From IMG/VR virus record IMGVR_UViG_3300011416_000016, positions 1-46,844 of that record: a stretch of DNA of 46,844 nucleotides; one strand, written 5' to 3'. This DNA comes from a virus (taxonomy: Duplodnaviria > Caudoviricetes). The notes beneath the pieces were generated by a model. The model made no database searches, was not told the DNA's origin, and saw nothing but the letters and a program-made list of their open reading frames with translations. Shown here piece after piece: positions 28,009-37,797 of the stretch (the first letter of the stretch is position 1; each line of letters starts with the position of its first letter). Both the position numbers and the translations under genes were made by a program.

Positions 28009-28698
28009 ATGAGCGTCGACAATCAGACCTGCCGCGATGAGCACATCGGAGACGATGTCGCCACCGAGTTCCCGGTCACATTCCCGTTCCTTGACAACGT
28101 ACACCTCGTTGTCACGAGGATCGAGGTCGGAGGCACCGAGACTCCGCTCGTGCTCGATACGACGTTCACGGCAACCGGCGAAGGCCTCCCGGCCGGGTAC
28201 GGCGAGGTCACGATCAGCTCGCCACTGCTTACGGGAGAGACTCTCGTTGTCGAGCGCGTGTTGCCACCGGACCAGCCGGTCGACATCGCGAACCTAAGCG
28301 AGGGCTACCAGGAGGTGATCGAGGAGGGTCTCGACCGCCTCGCCATGAAGGGCCAGGAGATCGAGCGCGTGCTCGGCCTTCACGATCACGACAACGCGAG
28401 AGTGCCCAAGCTGGGGCACAACGAGGTCGACGGCTCTGGTTCGTACGACGCCCGCGACAACAAGATCGCGAACCTCGCGGACGGTGTCGATCCAGGGGAT
28501 GCGGTCAACTTCAGCCAGATCTCTGGTATCAGCGGCGTTCTCGTCATCGTAACGGCGCTGCCATCTGCCGACTCGACTTGGTACGGGAAGTCCGTACTCG
28601 TGAAGTACCCGGCAGGGCCTTCGGCTGCGTTCTGGTGCGGCCTGCAATCGGACGGCACCACCTACGAGTGGGTTTCGTTCGGCACGACATCGGCATAA
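28009..28698 (+). CDS. Short tail-fibre adaptor (T7 gp17 N-terminal-like domain plus YadA-like stalk motif)
   Basis: GDDVATEFPVTFPFL..HLVV...EEGLDRLAM..Q; KIANLADGVDPGDAVNFSQI. Confidence 0.8.
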   Translation: MSVDNQTCRDEHIGDDVATEFPVTFPFLDNVHLVVTRIEVGGTETPLVLDTTFTATGEGLPAGYGEVTISSPLLTGETLVVERVLPPDQPVDIANLSEGYQEVIEEGLDRLAMKGQEIERVLGLHDHDNARVPKLGHNEVDGSGSYDARDNKIANLADGVDPGDAVNFSQISGISGVLVIVTALPSADSTWYGKSVLVKYPAGPSAAFWCGLQSDGTTYEWVSFGTTSA

Positions 28699-28708
28699 GG
28701 GGACAGAC

Positions 28709-30478
28709 ATGAAACGGATTGCCTATGTGCTCGCACTACTTCCGTCAGTAGTTCTAGCTACGACAGCTCCGGTCACGGTGAGCAACACGCCTCCGGCTCT
28801 CGGCGGCCCGTGCAAGACGGTCGCAGCTCCGGCGAATATGTTCATGGTGAACATGACCACCGGGGAGGGACTTCGCTGCAACGGAACGTACCCGGCCGAA
28901 GGGGTGTGGGTCGCGTGGCCTGGTGGCACTGGTGGAGACTCGGTCCAGGTTGACGGAGTCGCGTCTACAGACCCCGACATCCGTTCGACAGTGGACATCG
29001 ATGCTATCCGGTGTACTGGCGTCGGCGCGCCGGACGCCTCGTGCCTTGCCGCAGAAGACGTGATCTTCAGGGTTACCGATCCCGAGCTGTCATCGATCCA
29101 GTCGCTCACGTCGGCGGCCGATCGCGCGCCGTACTACACCGGGGCAGGAACCGCCGCCTTGGCGACACTGACTGCTCAAGGGAGATCGCTCATCGACGAC
29201 GCCGACCAGGCCGCTCAGCAGGCTACGCTCGGCCTGGTGCCTGGTACTAACGTTCAGGCGTTCAATTCTAATCTCACCGACTTGGCAGACGGCGCGCTCA
29301 CTCCGACGAAGGTCAGCCACGACAGGGCTCATCAGCCGATGGAGTGGAACGTCCTGATGCGGTCGAACTACGACGGTAACGGTGACGCCACGAACGACAA
29401 CATCACCTGGCCTGGATACACAGGAACGGCGTCTCCGGGTCGCAAGACAATCCTCAACGTTGGGACCAACACGAGCGGAATCGCTTGGAGCGAGAAGTAT
29501 CAGGTCTGGATCATCGTCACAAACGGAGTCGAGGATCTCGATGGAGACGCGACGGCTGACGACCAGATGTGGATGGGAGACATCAACGGGACAAGGATCT
29601 GGGCTGGCCCTCTACCAGGCGGCACGAGAGACTGGGAGTCGTTGACCCTTACCGACCCTTACAGCGACTACATCTACGCCCTAACAGAGCAGGCGTCACA
29701 GGACATCCTAGAGTTCGATATTCGCGAGCTGTTCCGAATTGCCCTCGGAACAGCACCCACTACAGTCGCTACTTGGGACATCGATGCAGTGGACACGACG
29801 GCATGCGTCAACGGGTCTAACGGGTACGAGGGCATGACGTTCGTTCCTGACAGGACGCAGTGTACGAGCTACGTCACCACGGACATGCCATGCGGATACT
29901 TCCTATTGGAGTGCCAAGCGAATGCCGGGACGTTCTACAAGTTCAGGCTCGACACGGGAGGCACAGCCGTCTCGCTTCTCGACAACAGCGCGGCAGCTCC
30001 GTGCTCGGCTAACGATACGACTGGCGACGGGGACGCGCTCGATACCGACTGGCAGACCGGCCTGATCTATCAGTCGATTGGAGGGGGTCAGGATCTTCTC
30101 CTTATCTTCGACGCAGCGTTCAACTGCTTCGCGAGAATGGCCCTTCCTAACGGAGGAGCAACAGACTACGAGGGCTTCGCCATAGGGCCGAGCGGGATCA
30201 TCGGAACGTGTGACGACGCGGGTGGAGACTGCCACACCTATCAGTGGCCTGTAACGTCACCGGCAAGGAACGTCACGACTCCACTGATCACTGACACTCA
30301 CGTCGGCCTCGCGATCTACTCTGACGCCACGGCGGCAACGCACGACACAGGGGCTCTCGTGTGCGGAGTTCTTGGGAGGCGATGCGTGACGACGTACTCT
30401 CCGGCAGGAACGAACCAGACCTGCGCCAACGACTACAACACAGGCTCTCCAGCCCCCTTCTACGCGGTGTGTCGGTAG
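28709..30478 (+). CDS. Signal-peptide-bearing, Cys-rich fibre-like protein with a beta-propeller (SdiA-regulated/YjiK-like)
   Basis: Signal MKRIAYVLALLPSVVLA; fibre motif AADRAPYYTGAGTAALATLTAQGRSLIDDAD..A..ATLGL; blade motifs SGIAW, DWESLT, GYEGMTF, DYEGFA; 16 Cys. Confidence 0.7.
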   Translation: MKRIAYVLALLPSVVLATTAPVTVSNTPPALGGPCKTVAAPANMFMVNMTTGEGLRCNGTYPAEGVWVAWPGGTGGDSVQVDGVASTDPDIRSTVDIDAIRCTGVGAPDASCLAAEDVIFRVTDPELSSIQSLTSAADRAPYYTGAGTAALATLTAQGRSLIDDADQAAQQATLGLVPGTNVQAFNSNLTDLADGALTPTKVSHDRAHQPMEWNVLMRSNYDGNGDATNDNITWPGYTGTASPGRKTILNVGTNTSGIAWSEKYQVWIIVTNGVEDLDGDATADDQMWMGDINGTRIWAGPLPGGTRDWESLTLTDPYSDYIYALTEQASQDILEFDIRELFRIALGTAPTTVATWDIDAVDTTACVNGSNGYEGMTFVPDRTQCTSYVTTDMPCGYFLLECQANAGTFYKFRLDTGGTAVSLLDNSAAAPCSANDTTGDGDALDTDWQTGLIYQSIGGGQDLLLIFDAAFNCFARMALPNGGATDYEGFAIGPSGIIGTCDDAGGDCHTYQWPVTSPARNVTTPLITDTHVGLAIYSDATAATHDTGALVCGVLGRRCVTTYSPAGTNQTCANDYNTGSPAPFYAVCR

Positions 30479-30484
30479 GGTCAA

Positions 30485-33400
30485 GTGAGCAAGCGCACCA
30501 GGGACTCACGCAGCGAGGACCAGTGGCTGCAAGTGCAGATCGACGCGCTCAAGCGTCGAGTCGCGCAGCTCAACGTCATCGCTGGCGGATTCCCTGGCGG
30601 CAACGGAGCTGACCCGACAGCTCAAGTAATCCTCACGGCTGTCAACGGTACGCTGACGACGTGGATGCGATCAGACGCAGCGCCGCCGCTCTCGCAGGCA
30701 ATAGCCCCGACTATGACGGGGACGTGGAACTTCACCCCGTCCGCGAACGTCTGCCCGATCACGATCAACGGAACGAATCTTACGTCTGCCCACATGGAGG
30801 TCTGGAACCCAGACTCTGGTTACGACACCATCGTCAACAGATCTGGAGACGTGTGGATCGGAGACGAGGCTGGAACGGCCATGCTCTCGATCCGAGCGAG
30901 ATCGGCGACTATCTCCGACTTCGGCCCTCTGTTCTGGTACAAGGCAGAAGACTACCCTGGCGGAACTAGGCCACAGACTTGGACGGACTCCAGCGGCAAC
31001 GGCTACGACATGGTTTCGCACAACTGGAATTCGTTGGAGGGCGAGGACAACGCAGGAAGAACGGACGGCCCGAGGAAGAACAGCGTCGGTGCTCTCACTA
31101 CGACCCCTCCCGACCCAGTCGCGGGGTCGGCCCTAACGCCAACGAATCTTCCATCGGTCGATTCCAACTGGTACTTCAATTACCCGACCCCAGGCAACGA
31201 AAGAGAGAACTACTTCCAGCTCTCCAGTGGAGACTTTCCTGATTTTGGTTCCGCTCACGGCGGCTTCACTCTGTTCTACATCATTCACGATTACGGTGGA
31301 ACAAACGTCGGGTCGCACAGCTTCCCGGTCATAGGAAGCTCCACAGTCGCCAACGATTCGATCTGGGCCGGTGACGACGGAACGACCCCGAACAAGAACG
31401 CCAAGCCGTTCACAATCGAAGGGGCGAGCGGCAAAGACTTCTGCACCGCACTCTCTATCGCTGAGGGCCTAACAGAGGTGTGGGGCGTACGCATCGCAGC
31501 GACAAGCGGGGCGTTGCGCGCGACGTATAACGGGACACTACAGACCAGTGCTAGCCACACCAGGACGAACAGTTTCACAACCGTTAACAGGCTTCTGTCA
31601 GGAGCGAACCACGGAGGTGCCAAGGGCAACTCCCTGGTAGAGGTTATCGGGTTCGCGTACGAGATGTCCGACGCGGACATGACCATCATCAACGACCTGC
31701 TCCTCGCTGAGGTCGCGGGAACAGCGGTCGGGTCCACGCAAGACCTGACGCACTGGAAGGACTCGGCCGGAACGCTCGACTCGTTCGTCGACGCGAGCAT
31801 CAACTGGGGCATCGGGCTCGCCGCAGCATCGGCAGCCGCCAAGGTTCACATCAGGAGAGCTACGGCCCCTCAGCTTAGGATCGACCGGGACGCGAGCGAC
31901 TACGTCACCATCAGCGTCGCAGCGACTGGCGACGTGACGTTCGACGCCTTCGGTGCATCGCCTTCGTTCACGTTCGCCGACCCTGTCAACTTTGGAAGCA
32001 CGGTGTCTTTCCAGAGCGCGACGTTCGGTGTCCCTGTATCTGTAGATCTTGCAGCCAACAGCGCGGGAGTCGCAACGACGATCAGTCGAAGCGACCACAA
32101 GCACGATCTCGACGAGTCGATCGCTCCGGTGTGGACTGGTATCCACCGCCACAGCAACTACGTCGAGTACGACGAGATGGCCGCCCCAGGGACACCAGCA
32201 GCGAATCGTGTTCGCCTCTACGCGAAAGACGACACCGGGGTCAGCAGCCTCTTCTTCAAGAAGGACGATGGCACAGAGATCAATCTCGGGGCTGGCTCTG
32301 GCGACATCACTACCGACCCAGCATGGACCGCCCTCGGCGACCTGATCGTAGGGACTGGAGTTTCGACAGCCTCGATTCTTCCTGTTGGCGCTGACACGTT
32401 CGTCCTTTCGGCGGACTCCGGAGAGGCCACCGGGCTCAAGTGGGTTGCGCTAGCTGGTGGCGGTGACGCTCTCGTCGCGAACCCGCTGTCTCAGTTCGCG
32501 GCGACAACGTCCGCGCAGCTCGCTGGAGTCATCACCGACGAGACTGGATTCGGCGGGACTGGCGTCCTCGTCTTCAACAACAATCCGACGCTCGTCTCGT
32601 TGTCGCTCCCAACGACGACGTCCGCGACCACTGGGATCATCTTCAAGAATTCAATCCGTTGGGCTCACGACTTTACCAACGCGGCGAAGACGGCAGGGCA
32701 GGCGCAGAACATCTTCATCGGGGACAATGCCGGGAACTTCACGATCGCCGGGACCGGACTTCAGGGCGTCGGGAACGTTGGCATCGGTGACTCCGCCCTG
32801 ATCGCTCTGACGACAGGCTCCCAGAACTTTGCTTTCGGATGGGACGCGCTGACGGCTCTTACCTCTGGGCGGTACAACGTTGCCCTTGGTGTCGGTGCGG
32901 GCCAGTCGCTCACCACGACGGATAGCAGCGTGTTCATCGGTGCAGCCGCGGGAGCGAACGCGACAGGGTCTCGTGTCGTCGCCATCGGGGATTCCGCAGG
33001 CGGAAACCACGGGGCCGGTGACGACAGCATATTCATCGGACAGGGAGCAGACAGTTCCGTTGGTACCGAAGCCAACGCAATCGCCATTGGTGCCGGGACC
33101 ATTGTTGACGCCGACAACAAGACGGTCATCGGCAATCTGAACACGACACTTACCGAAGTGCGCGGTAACTTCAATATCCGCGATCAAGTCAGCGGCGACA
33201 TTGCAACAATCAATGTGGAGCTTGGTGGAAGCCAGACGCTCTACGTTCCACAGAACACGGGTTACATCTGGGTCGACAACAGCGTTACGTTACTTAGCAA
33301 CCAAGATCCGCTGCTCGACTGGAATCCGGTCACGGCAGGAGGCGGAGGAATAAGGTTGTGGGCTGGCGGCGCCAGCGCAGCCAACGCCGTCGTCGCTGTC

Positions 33401-33853
33401 AATACGAGTGGCCTCGTAGGAATATCTGCCACGGGCGCCGTTGGTTCGCGCATTTTGATCTCGGGTGGCGGTGGGTCTCCGGACGTCGAGATCGGTGGGT
33501 CCGGTTTCCTTAAGGCAACGCGGTTCAACAAGGTAACGATCACGGAACCGGCGTCTCAAGCGACTCTCACTATCGCTGACAACAAGACGCTTACGGTCAA
33601 TGACAATGCGACGTTACAGGGCGCTGGGACTTACTACCCTATCGCGATTGACGCGATCTGGGCCGCTAAGGGTGACTTGCTTGGTGGAATAGCGAACGAC
33701 GCCGCCGCGATCTTGCCGGTGGGCGCGAACACCTTCGTCCTCACGGCCGACTCTGCGGAAGCGACAGGGATGAAATGGGCTGCTGCCGCAGGTGGCAGTG
33801 GCCTTACACTACCGCAGGTCATGGCGACCGGCGTGTTCGGAGGGCCGTTCTAA
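30485..33853 (+). CDS. Large tail fibre / receptor-binding protein (LamG/ConA-like domain, beta-roll repeats)
   Basis: LFWYKAED...WTDSSGNG...EVIGF; N-x-x-IG-x-x-A repeats; duplicated GDL..LPVGA.TFVL.ADS.EATG.KW module. Confidence 0.8.
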   Translation: MSKRTRDSRSEDQWLQVQIDALKRRVAQLNVIAGGFPGGNGADPTAQVILTAVNGTLTTWMRSDAAPPLSQAIAPTMTGTWNFTPSANVCPITINGTNLTSAHMEVWNPDSGYDTIVNRSGDVWIGDEAGTAMLSIRARSATISDFGPLFWYKAEDYPGGTRPQTWTDSSGNGYDMVSHNWNSLEGEDNAGRTDGPRKNSVGALTTTPPDPVAGSALTPTNLPSVDSNWYFNYPTPGNERENYFQLSSGDFPDFGSAHGGFTLFYIIHDYGGTNVGSHSFPVIGSSTVANDSIWAGDDGTTPNKNAKPFTIEGASGKDFCTALSIAEGLTEVWGVRIAATSGALRATYNGTLQTSASHTRTNSFTTVNRLLSGANHGGAKGNSLVEVIGFAYEMSDADMTIINDLLLAEVAGTAVGSTQDLTHWKDSAGTLDSFVDASINWGIGLAAASAAAKVHIRRATAPQLRIDRDASDYVTISVAATGDVTFDAFGASPSFTFADPVNFGSTVSFQSATFGVPVSVDLAANSAGVATTISRSDHKHDLDESIAPVWTGIHRHSNYVEYDEMAAPGTPAANRVRLYAKDDTGVSSLFFKKDDGTEINLGAGSGDITTDPAWTALGDLIVGTGVSTASILPVGADTFVLSADSGEATGLKWVALAGGGDALVANPLSQFAATTSAQLAGVITDETGFGGTGVLVFNNNPTLVSLSLPTTTSATTGIIFKNSIRWAHDFTNAAKTAGQAQNIFIGDNAGNFTIAGTGLQGVGNVGIGDSALIALTTGSQNFAFGWDALTALTSGRYNVALGVGAGQSLTTTDSSVFIGAAAGANATGSRVVAIGDSAGGNHGAGDDSIFIGQGADSSVGTEANAIAIGAGTIVDADNKTVIGNLNTTLTEVRGNFNIRDQVSGDIATINVELGGSQTLYVPQNTGYIWVDNSVTLLSNQDPLLDWNPVTAGGGGIRLWAGGASAANAVVAVNTSGLVGISATGAVGSRILISGGGGSPDVEIGGSGFLKATRFNKVTITEPASQATLTIADNKTLTVNDNATLQGAGTYYPIAIDAIWAAKGDLLGGIANDAAAILPVGANTFVLTADSAEATGMKWAAAAGGSGLTLPQVMATGVFGGPF

Positions 33854-33854
33854 A

Positions 33855-35195
33855 ATGAATCTCACAGGCGTAAGCGATCTCGTCCGCGTCATCACCACGG
33901 GGACTGCGGACGTCGAAGTGCAAGCGTCGTGGGTCGATCAGACGACAACGGCATTCACTCCCGGCCGCACGAATACGATCATCACGTCCGCGACGACGAC
34001 GACCGTCGTCGGCAGTCCAGCCGCTTCGACTCAGCGCGCGGTCACGTCTCTGAAGATCCGAAACGACCACGCCTCAACGGCTAACACGGTAACGATCCTC
34101 CACACGGATGGCACGACCTCGGTAGACATCTGGAAGGGCACGCTTCAAGCCGGGGAGTCGGTTGAGTACGACGGCAAGACGTTCAAGCGTTTCACGTCGG
34201 GAGGTTTCGAGCAGAACGTCGCCGCGGCTGGACCCGCTGACGTGCAAACGTCCACGACGCCAGGGGCCGGAGTGTGGACGAAGCCGACTTCGTTTACGCC
34301 ATCGTTCGTTGAGGTTGTCACCTTCGGCGGCGGTGGCGGGGGTGGGGCAGGAGCGTCCCTCGCAACGGCGGTTGTTGCAAAGGGTGGTGCTGGCGGTGGC
34401 GGGGGCGCGTTCAACAGTCGCGTCTACCGCGCGAGCGATCTCGCAGCGACGGAGAACTTTAACGTAGGGGCTGCGGGAACCGCTGGCGCTCCCGGCGCGG
34501 CTGGCGCGGCTGGCGGCTCGGGAGGCATCGGCGGCAACACGACATTCGGAACGACGGTTCGCCTCTCGGCCTTCGGTGGTGGTGGCGGCATGGGCGGGCA
34601 GATCACCGCGCTTGCCAGCGGCGGCGGCGGGGGCGGCGGAAAAGGAAGCGCGGGAGGAACCGGCACGTCGTTATCCGGAGCAGGCGGGCTCCCGCTCGCG
34701 AGCAACGTCACCGGCTCAGTCGGCGGGCAGGGGAGCGGCGGCACGATCACCGTCGTAACGACCCACAACGCCGAAGAGGGCGGCGGCGGCGGGGGCGGGT
34801 CTACGGCCACGCCAACGTCCTCGGTGGGCGGCGGCTCGATCCGTGGGGGCGGTGGTGGCGGAACCGGGGGACATCACACCGCAGCCCCGGCCGTAGTGGC
34901 CCCGGCAGCGGGAGGCGCGTCGAACACCTACGCAGCAGGGACCGGAGGCGCAGCCGGAACAAGCGGCGCGGCACCTACCGCAGGGTCGGCCGGTGCGAGC
35001 GGATCGTCTGTCATCGGTGGTGCCGGGGGCGGCGGGGGCGGGTCAACCGTCAACGCGGCAACAGCAGGTGCAGTCGGTGGCGCTGGCGGTTCTCACGGCG
35101 GCGGCGGCGGTGGCGGTGGCGTCGGCCAGAACCCAGGGCTCGGCGGCGCTGGCGGACTCGGCGGCGTTGGGGCAATTTACATCTTCACTTGGTAG
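33855..35195 (+). CDS. Glycine-rich fibre-tip/adhesin protein
   Basis: GVWTKP...VEVVTFGGGGGGG followed by many GGGGG repeats, ending GAIYIFTW. Confidence 0.8.
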   Translation: MNLTGVSDLVRVITTGTADVEVQASWVDQTTTAFTPGRTNTIITSATTTTVVGSPAASTQRAVTSLKIRNDHASTANTVTILHTDGTTSVDIWKGTLQAGESVEYDGKTFKRFTSGGFEQNVAAAGPADVQTSTTPGAGVWTKPTSFTPSFVEVVTFGGGGGGGAGASLATAVVAKGGAGGGGGAFNSRVYRASDLAATENFNVGAAGTAGAPGAAGAAGGSGGIGGNTTFGTTVRLSAFGGGGGMGGQITALASGGGGGGGKGSAGGTGTSLSGAGGLPLASNVTGSVGGQGSGGTITVVTTHNAEEGGGGGGGSTATPTSSVGGGSIRGGGGGGTGGHHTAAPAVVAPAAGGASNTYAAGTGGAAGTSGAAPTAGSAGASGSSVIGGAGGGGGGSTVNAATAGAVGGAGGSHGGGGGGGGVGQNPGLGGAGGLGGVGAIYIFTW

Positions 35196-35204
35196 GGAGA
35201 GACG

Positions 35205-35462
35205 ATGGCAAACAACTGCACGGTGTTCCTCATGCAGCAGAATCAAGACGGGACAATTCAGGGAGAAATCTTCCATTGGGCCGACCGTCCGGAGGGAGAA
35301 ACCGTTCCTCCGAATGGCGAGATCCGTCCCGTTCTCGCGAGGAAGCTCCCAACAGAGAACAAGTTCAGCCTCAACAAGAAGGCTCACTTCGCGACGCGGT
35401 CCGCGGCCGTTACCGCGATCACGGCGTTCCTTAACACGGCGTACCCGGATACGCTGCCATAA
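35205..35462 (+). CDS. Hypothetical protein (possible fibre chaperone)
   Basis: GGGAGAG RBS; follows the adhesin gene. Confidence 0.65.
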   Translation: MANNCTVFLMQQNQDGTIQGEIFHWADRPEGETVPPNGEIRPVLARKLPTENKFSLNKKAHFATRSAAVTAITAFLNTAYPDTLP

Positions 35463-35475
35463 CAACGGAGGCTCC

Positions 35476-35787
35476 ATGTCAAAAGGAAGAAGACACATTA
35501 CGGCACCACCGCAGCAGAGAGTCCAGCAGCCCCAGGTCGATCCATTCGCAGGAAAGTCGTATCGAGTCAGGAGGATCTACGTCAAGCTCGACGTTGACAT
35601 CTACGACGATTCCGGGCGCTACAAGGAAACCGTGCTCACCGATCCTCCGGTGATGATCGCTGAGTCAGAGTTCCCAGACGGATTCGAGAAGCTGGTCTGC
35701 TCGAAAGCCGATCTGCCCAGAGGCTTCAGCGGAACGAAGAAGCCTAACAAGCCGGTAGCGGTAGAGAACGAGAAGGCGGCAGGGTGA
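35476..35787 (+). CDS. Hypothetical protein
   Basis: GGAGG RBS; MSKGRRHITAPP... Confidence 0.65.
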   Translation: MSKGRRHITAPPQQRVQQPQVDPFAGKSYRVRRIYVKLDVDIYDDSGRYKETVLTDPPVMIAESEFPDGFEKLVCSKADLPRGFSGTKKPNKPVAVENEKAAG

Positions 35788-36161
35788 TGCTCGCCGCTCT
35801 CCTGCTGATGGCATCCTGCGTTCCGGACGCCCTCTACTCGCCGACTCCAGTCTTGGCGCACGACCAAGTCCTCGACGCCGACCTGGCGGGTTATGCGCTC
35901 TATTACAGGGTGCCGGGTGGCGTCTTCCAAAAGCTGGTCGACTGGCCGTGCGTGTGGTGGGACTCCGACGATGACGGCACCGATGACGTCCGGTCGTGTC
36001 GAGCCGCAGATCAGGGGGCTCCTCTCCAACGATACTGTCCGTCGTGCGAGCAGATGAACGAGTACGAGTTCGCACTGAAGGCCTTTGACGACAGCGGAAA
36101 CTACTCGAGCGAGTTTTCAAACGCAGTGTCGGTGTGCATGCCGCCCTGCGTGGAGTTCTAA
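35784..36161 (+). CDS. Exported fibronectin type III-like protein (possible lipoprotein)
   Basis: Hydrophobic N-terminus ending LMASC; DLAGYALYY...YEFALKAFDDSGNYSSEFSNAVSV. Confidence 0.7.
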   Translation: MMLAALLLMASCVPDALYSPTPVLAHDQVLDADLAGYALYYRVPGGVFQKLVDWPCVWWDSDDDGTDDVRSCRAADQGAPLQRYCPSCEQMNEYEFALKAFDDSGNYSSEFSNAVSVCMPPCVEF

Positions 36162-36637
36162 TGACCTACGAGCAGCTCGCCCCAGGTATCGACACGGAGC
36201 GCCTGCTCCGCGCGATCAAGCGCATCGAGACCACAGACGGCGGTAACAACTGGCCGCGCGTCGAGGTGAGCTACATCCCGAAGGGGCTCGCGTTCACGGT
36301 CCAGGGTCGCACGCTCGTCGGTACTGGTTACAACGTGAACGAGGTGGTCATCCCGCGCTGGAAGAAGTGGGGCCTCGGCTCGGCCGCGAGCTGGGGCCCT
36401 TGGCAGATCCTCTACCACACGGCAGCAGACCAGGGATACCTGATGGCACCGCACGAGCTGTTCGACGAGGGAACGTGCGAGCCGTACGTCATCATGCGCC
36501 TCCGCAGGATCGCCAAGGGCGGGGCGCTGACAGTCCGAGACTTCGCCGATGCGTGGAACAGCGGGAGCTGGCGCGACGCCAACCTCGTGAAGCCCTACAC
36601 CGACGCAGTCGAAGCTGCGTACGCGGAGCTGGTGTGA
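36161..36637 (+). CDS. Endolysin, lysozyme/lytic transglycosylase fold
   Basis: AIKRIET (catalytic Glu), SWGPWQILYHTA, AWNSG, Y...V. Confidence 0.85.
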   Translation: MTYEQLAPGIDTERLLRAIKRIETTDGGNNWPRVEVSYIPKGLAFTVQGRTLVGTGYNVNEVVIPRWKKWGLGSAASWGPWQILYHTAADQGYLMAPHELFDEGTCEPYVIMRLRRIAKGGALTVRDFADAWNSGSWRDANLVKPYTDAVEAAYAELV

Positions 36638-36873
36638 ACCCAGACCTCTTGACCCTTGTCGTCGTAGTCTTCGGAGGGATCGCAGTCGCTGCGACCAGGG
36701 CGAACGTCCTGATGTACCGGCAGATCGGAGAGCTTAGGATCGAAGTGGCGCACCTCGCGAACGCGATCTCGAAGATGACCGACTCGGCGAGGGACGAACG
36801 CGCCGCGTACCGGGAGGATCACGAGGTCATCCATCGCAGGATCGACAACATCATCCGAATCAACGGGGGTTAA
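36634..36873 (+). CDS. Single-TM coiled-coil membrane protein (holin/antiholin-like)
   Basis: LLTLVVVVFGGIAV followed by a coiled coil ending IHRRIDN. Confidence 0.65.
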   Translation: MNPDLLTLVVVVFGGIAVAATRANVLMYRQIGELRIEVAHLANAISKMTDSARDERAAYREDHEVIHRRIDNIIRINGG

Positions 36874-36874
36874 T

Positions 36875-37213
36875 GTGATCGGACATACCCTGGCCTACCT
36901 GTTCGGGGCACTCATCGGAGAGGTGATGCTCTGGGGCTGGTGGCTCAACTCGCAGATGCCTGGAGCGTCGCTGAGGCACTACGCCGAAAAGAAGAAAGGG
37001 CAGATCGTTCTCTCGGCGTGCGTGTCCGCCCTACTCTCACTGATCTGGGCTGAGGGCGGCCTGATCAACGCAGTGCACGAGTGGATCGGAGGCGGCGTGG
37101 AGTTCTCGCTCGGACTGTCGCTCGTCGTTGGCGGTGCCATCGCTTTCTTCGCTCACGGCATCGTCTCGAAGTTCAGCAAACACGCGGGCGTCGACACGCC
37201 TAAGGGAGATTGA
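36875..37213 (+). CDS. Putative holin (3 TM)
   Basis: Three hydrophobic segments and a charged C-terminus; near the endolysin. Confidence 0.65.
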   Translation: MIGHTLAYLFGALIGEVMLWGWWLNSQMPGASLRHYAEKKKGQIVLSACVSALLSLIWAEGGLINAVHEWIGGGVEFSLGLSLVVGGAIAFFAHGIVSKFSKHAGVDTPKGD

Positions 37214-37216
37214 CGC

Positions 37217-37411
37217 ATGACTATCGTGACGCTCGTCCTCTGGCTCCTCGCGCTTGGAGTCGCTGGTTGGCTCATCAACTCTTACATCCCACTGCAGGAC
37301 GGGATCAAGCGCATCCTGAACATCGTGCTCGTTGTGATCGCGATCCTGATCGTGCTATACGCCTTCGGGATTCTCCCGATGGGAAACAAGCTCGTACCTC
37401 AACTTCGATAG
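37217..37411 (+). CDS. Small 2-TM membrane protein (Thivi_2564-like)
   Basis: GVAGWLINSYIPL...IKRILNIVLVVIAILIVL.AFGIL. Confidence 0.75.
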   Translation: MTIVTLVLWLLALGVAGWLINSYIPLQDGIKRILNIVLVVIAILIVLYAFGILPMGNKLVPQLR

Positions 37412-37419
37412 GGGGCGGC

Positions 37420-37797
37420 ATGAACAGCGTCGAGCAGTTCGTGGTCAGGAGGGGCAAGGCCATCGGGATCATCGTGGCGCTTGCCGTGTTCGCGTTCGTC
37501 GCGATCTCGTGCGTTCCGAGGGCGTGCGCCGAGGAGATGAAGGGTCAGTTCTTCATCCCAATCTCCGCTCGCTACATCGAGGACTGGGGCGTGGCTGGTG
37601 GCGTGGCGTACCAGGAGGAGAAGACGAAGATGATCTTCTCGCTCCAGGTGAGCTACGACCAGTTCAACGGTCAGGGCGGGTCTGTTCCGTATCAGGTCAA
37701 CCCGTGCCGAGTGGTTCAGGTTCCGTGGTCTACGCCAGACTACGGTCATCGCGGGATCGAGTTCACGCTCTTGATCCCGGTGGGCAAAAAGAAGTGA
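37420..37797 (+). CDS. Exported protein with four amphipathic beta strands (outer-membrane-like)
   Basis: Signal-like N-terminus ending ACA; alternating hydrophobic strands ending GIEFTLLIPV. Confidence 0.6.
   Translation: MNSVEQFVVRRGKAIGIIVALAVFAFVAISCVPRACAEEMKGQFFIPISARYIEDWGVAGGVAYQEEKTKMIFSLQVSYDQFNGQGGSVPYQVNPCRVVQVPWSTPDYGHRGIEFTLLIPVGKKK

Noticed and set aside
34320-35170. GGC-rich repeats as a DNA repeat element
   Set aside because: Explained by poly-glycine coding
28009-35462. Diversity-generating retroelement, as in BPP-1
   Set aside because: I saw no reverse transcriptase motif and no near-identical TR/VR pair differing at adenines; the fibre duplications are diverged at the protein level
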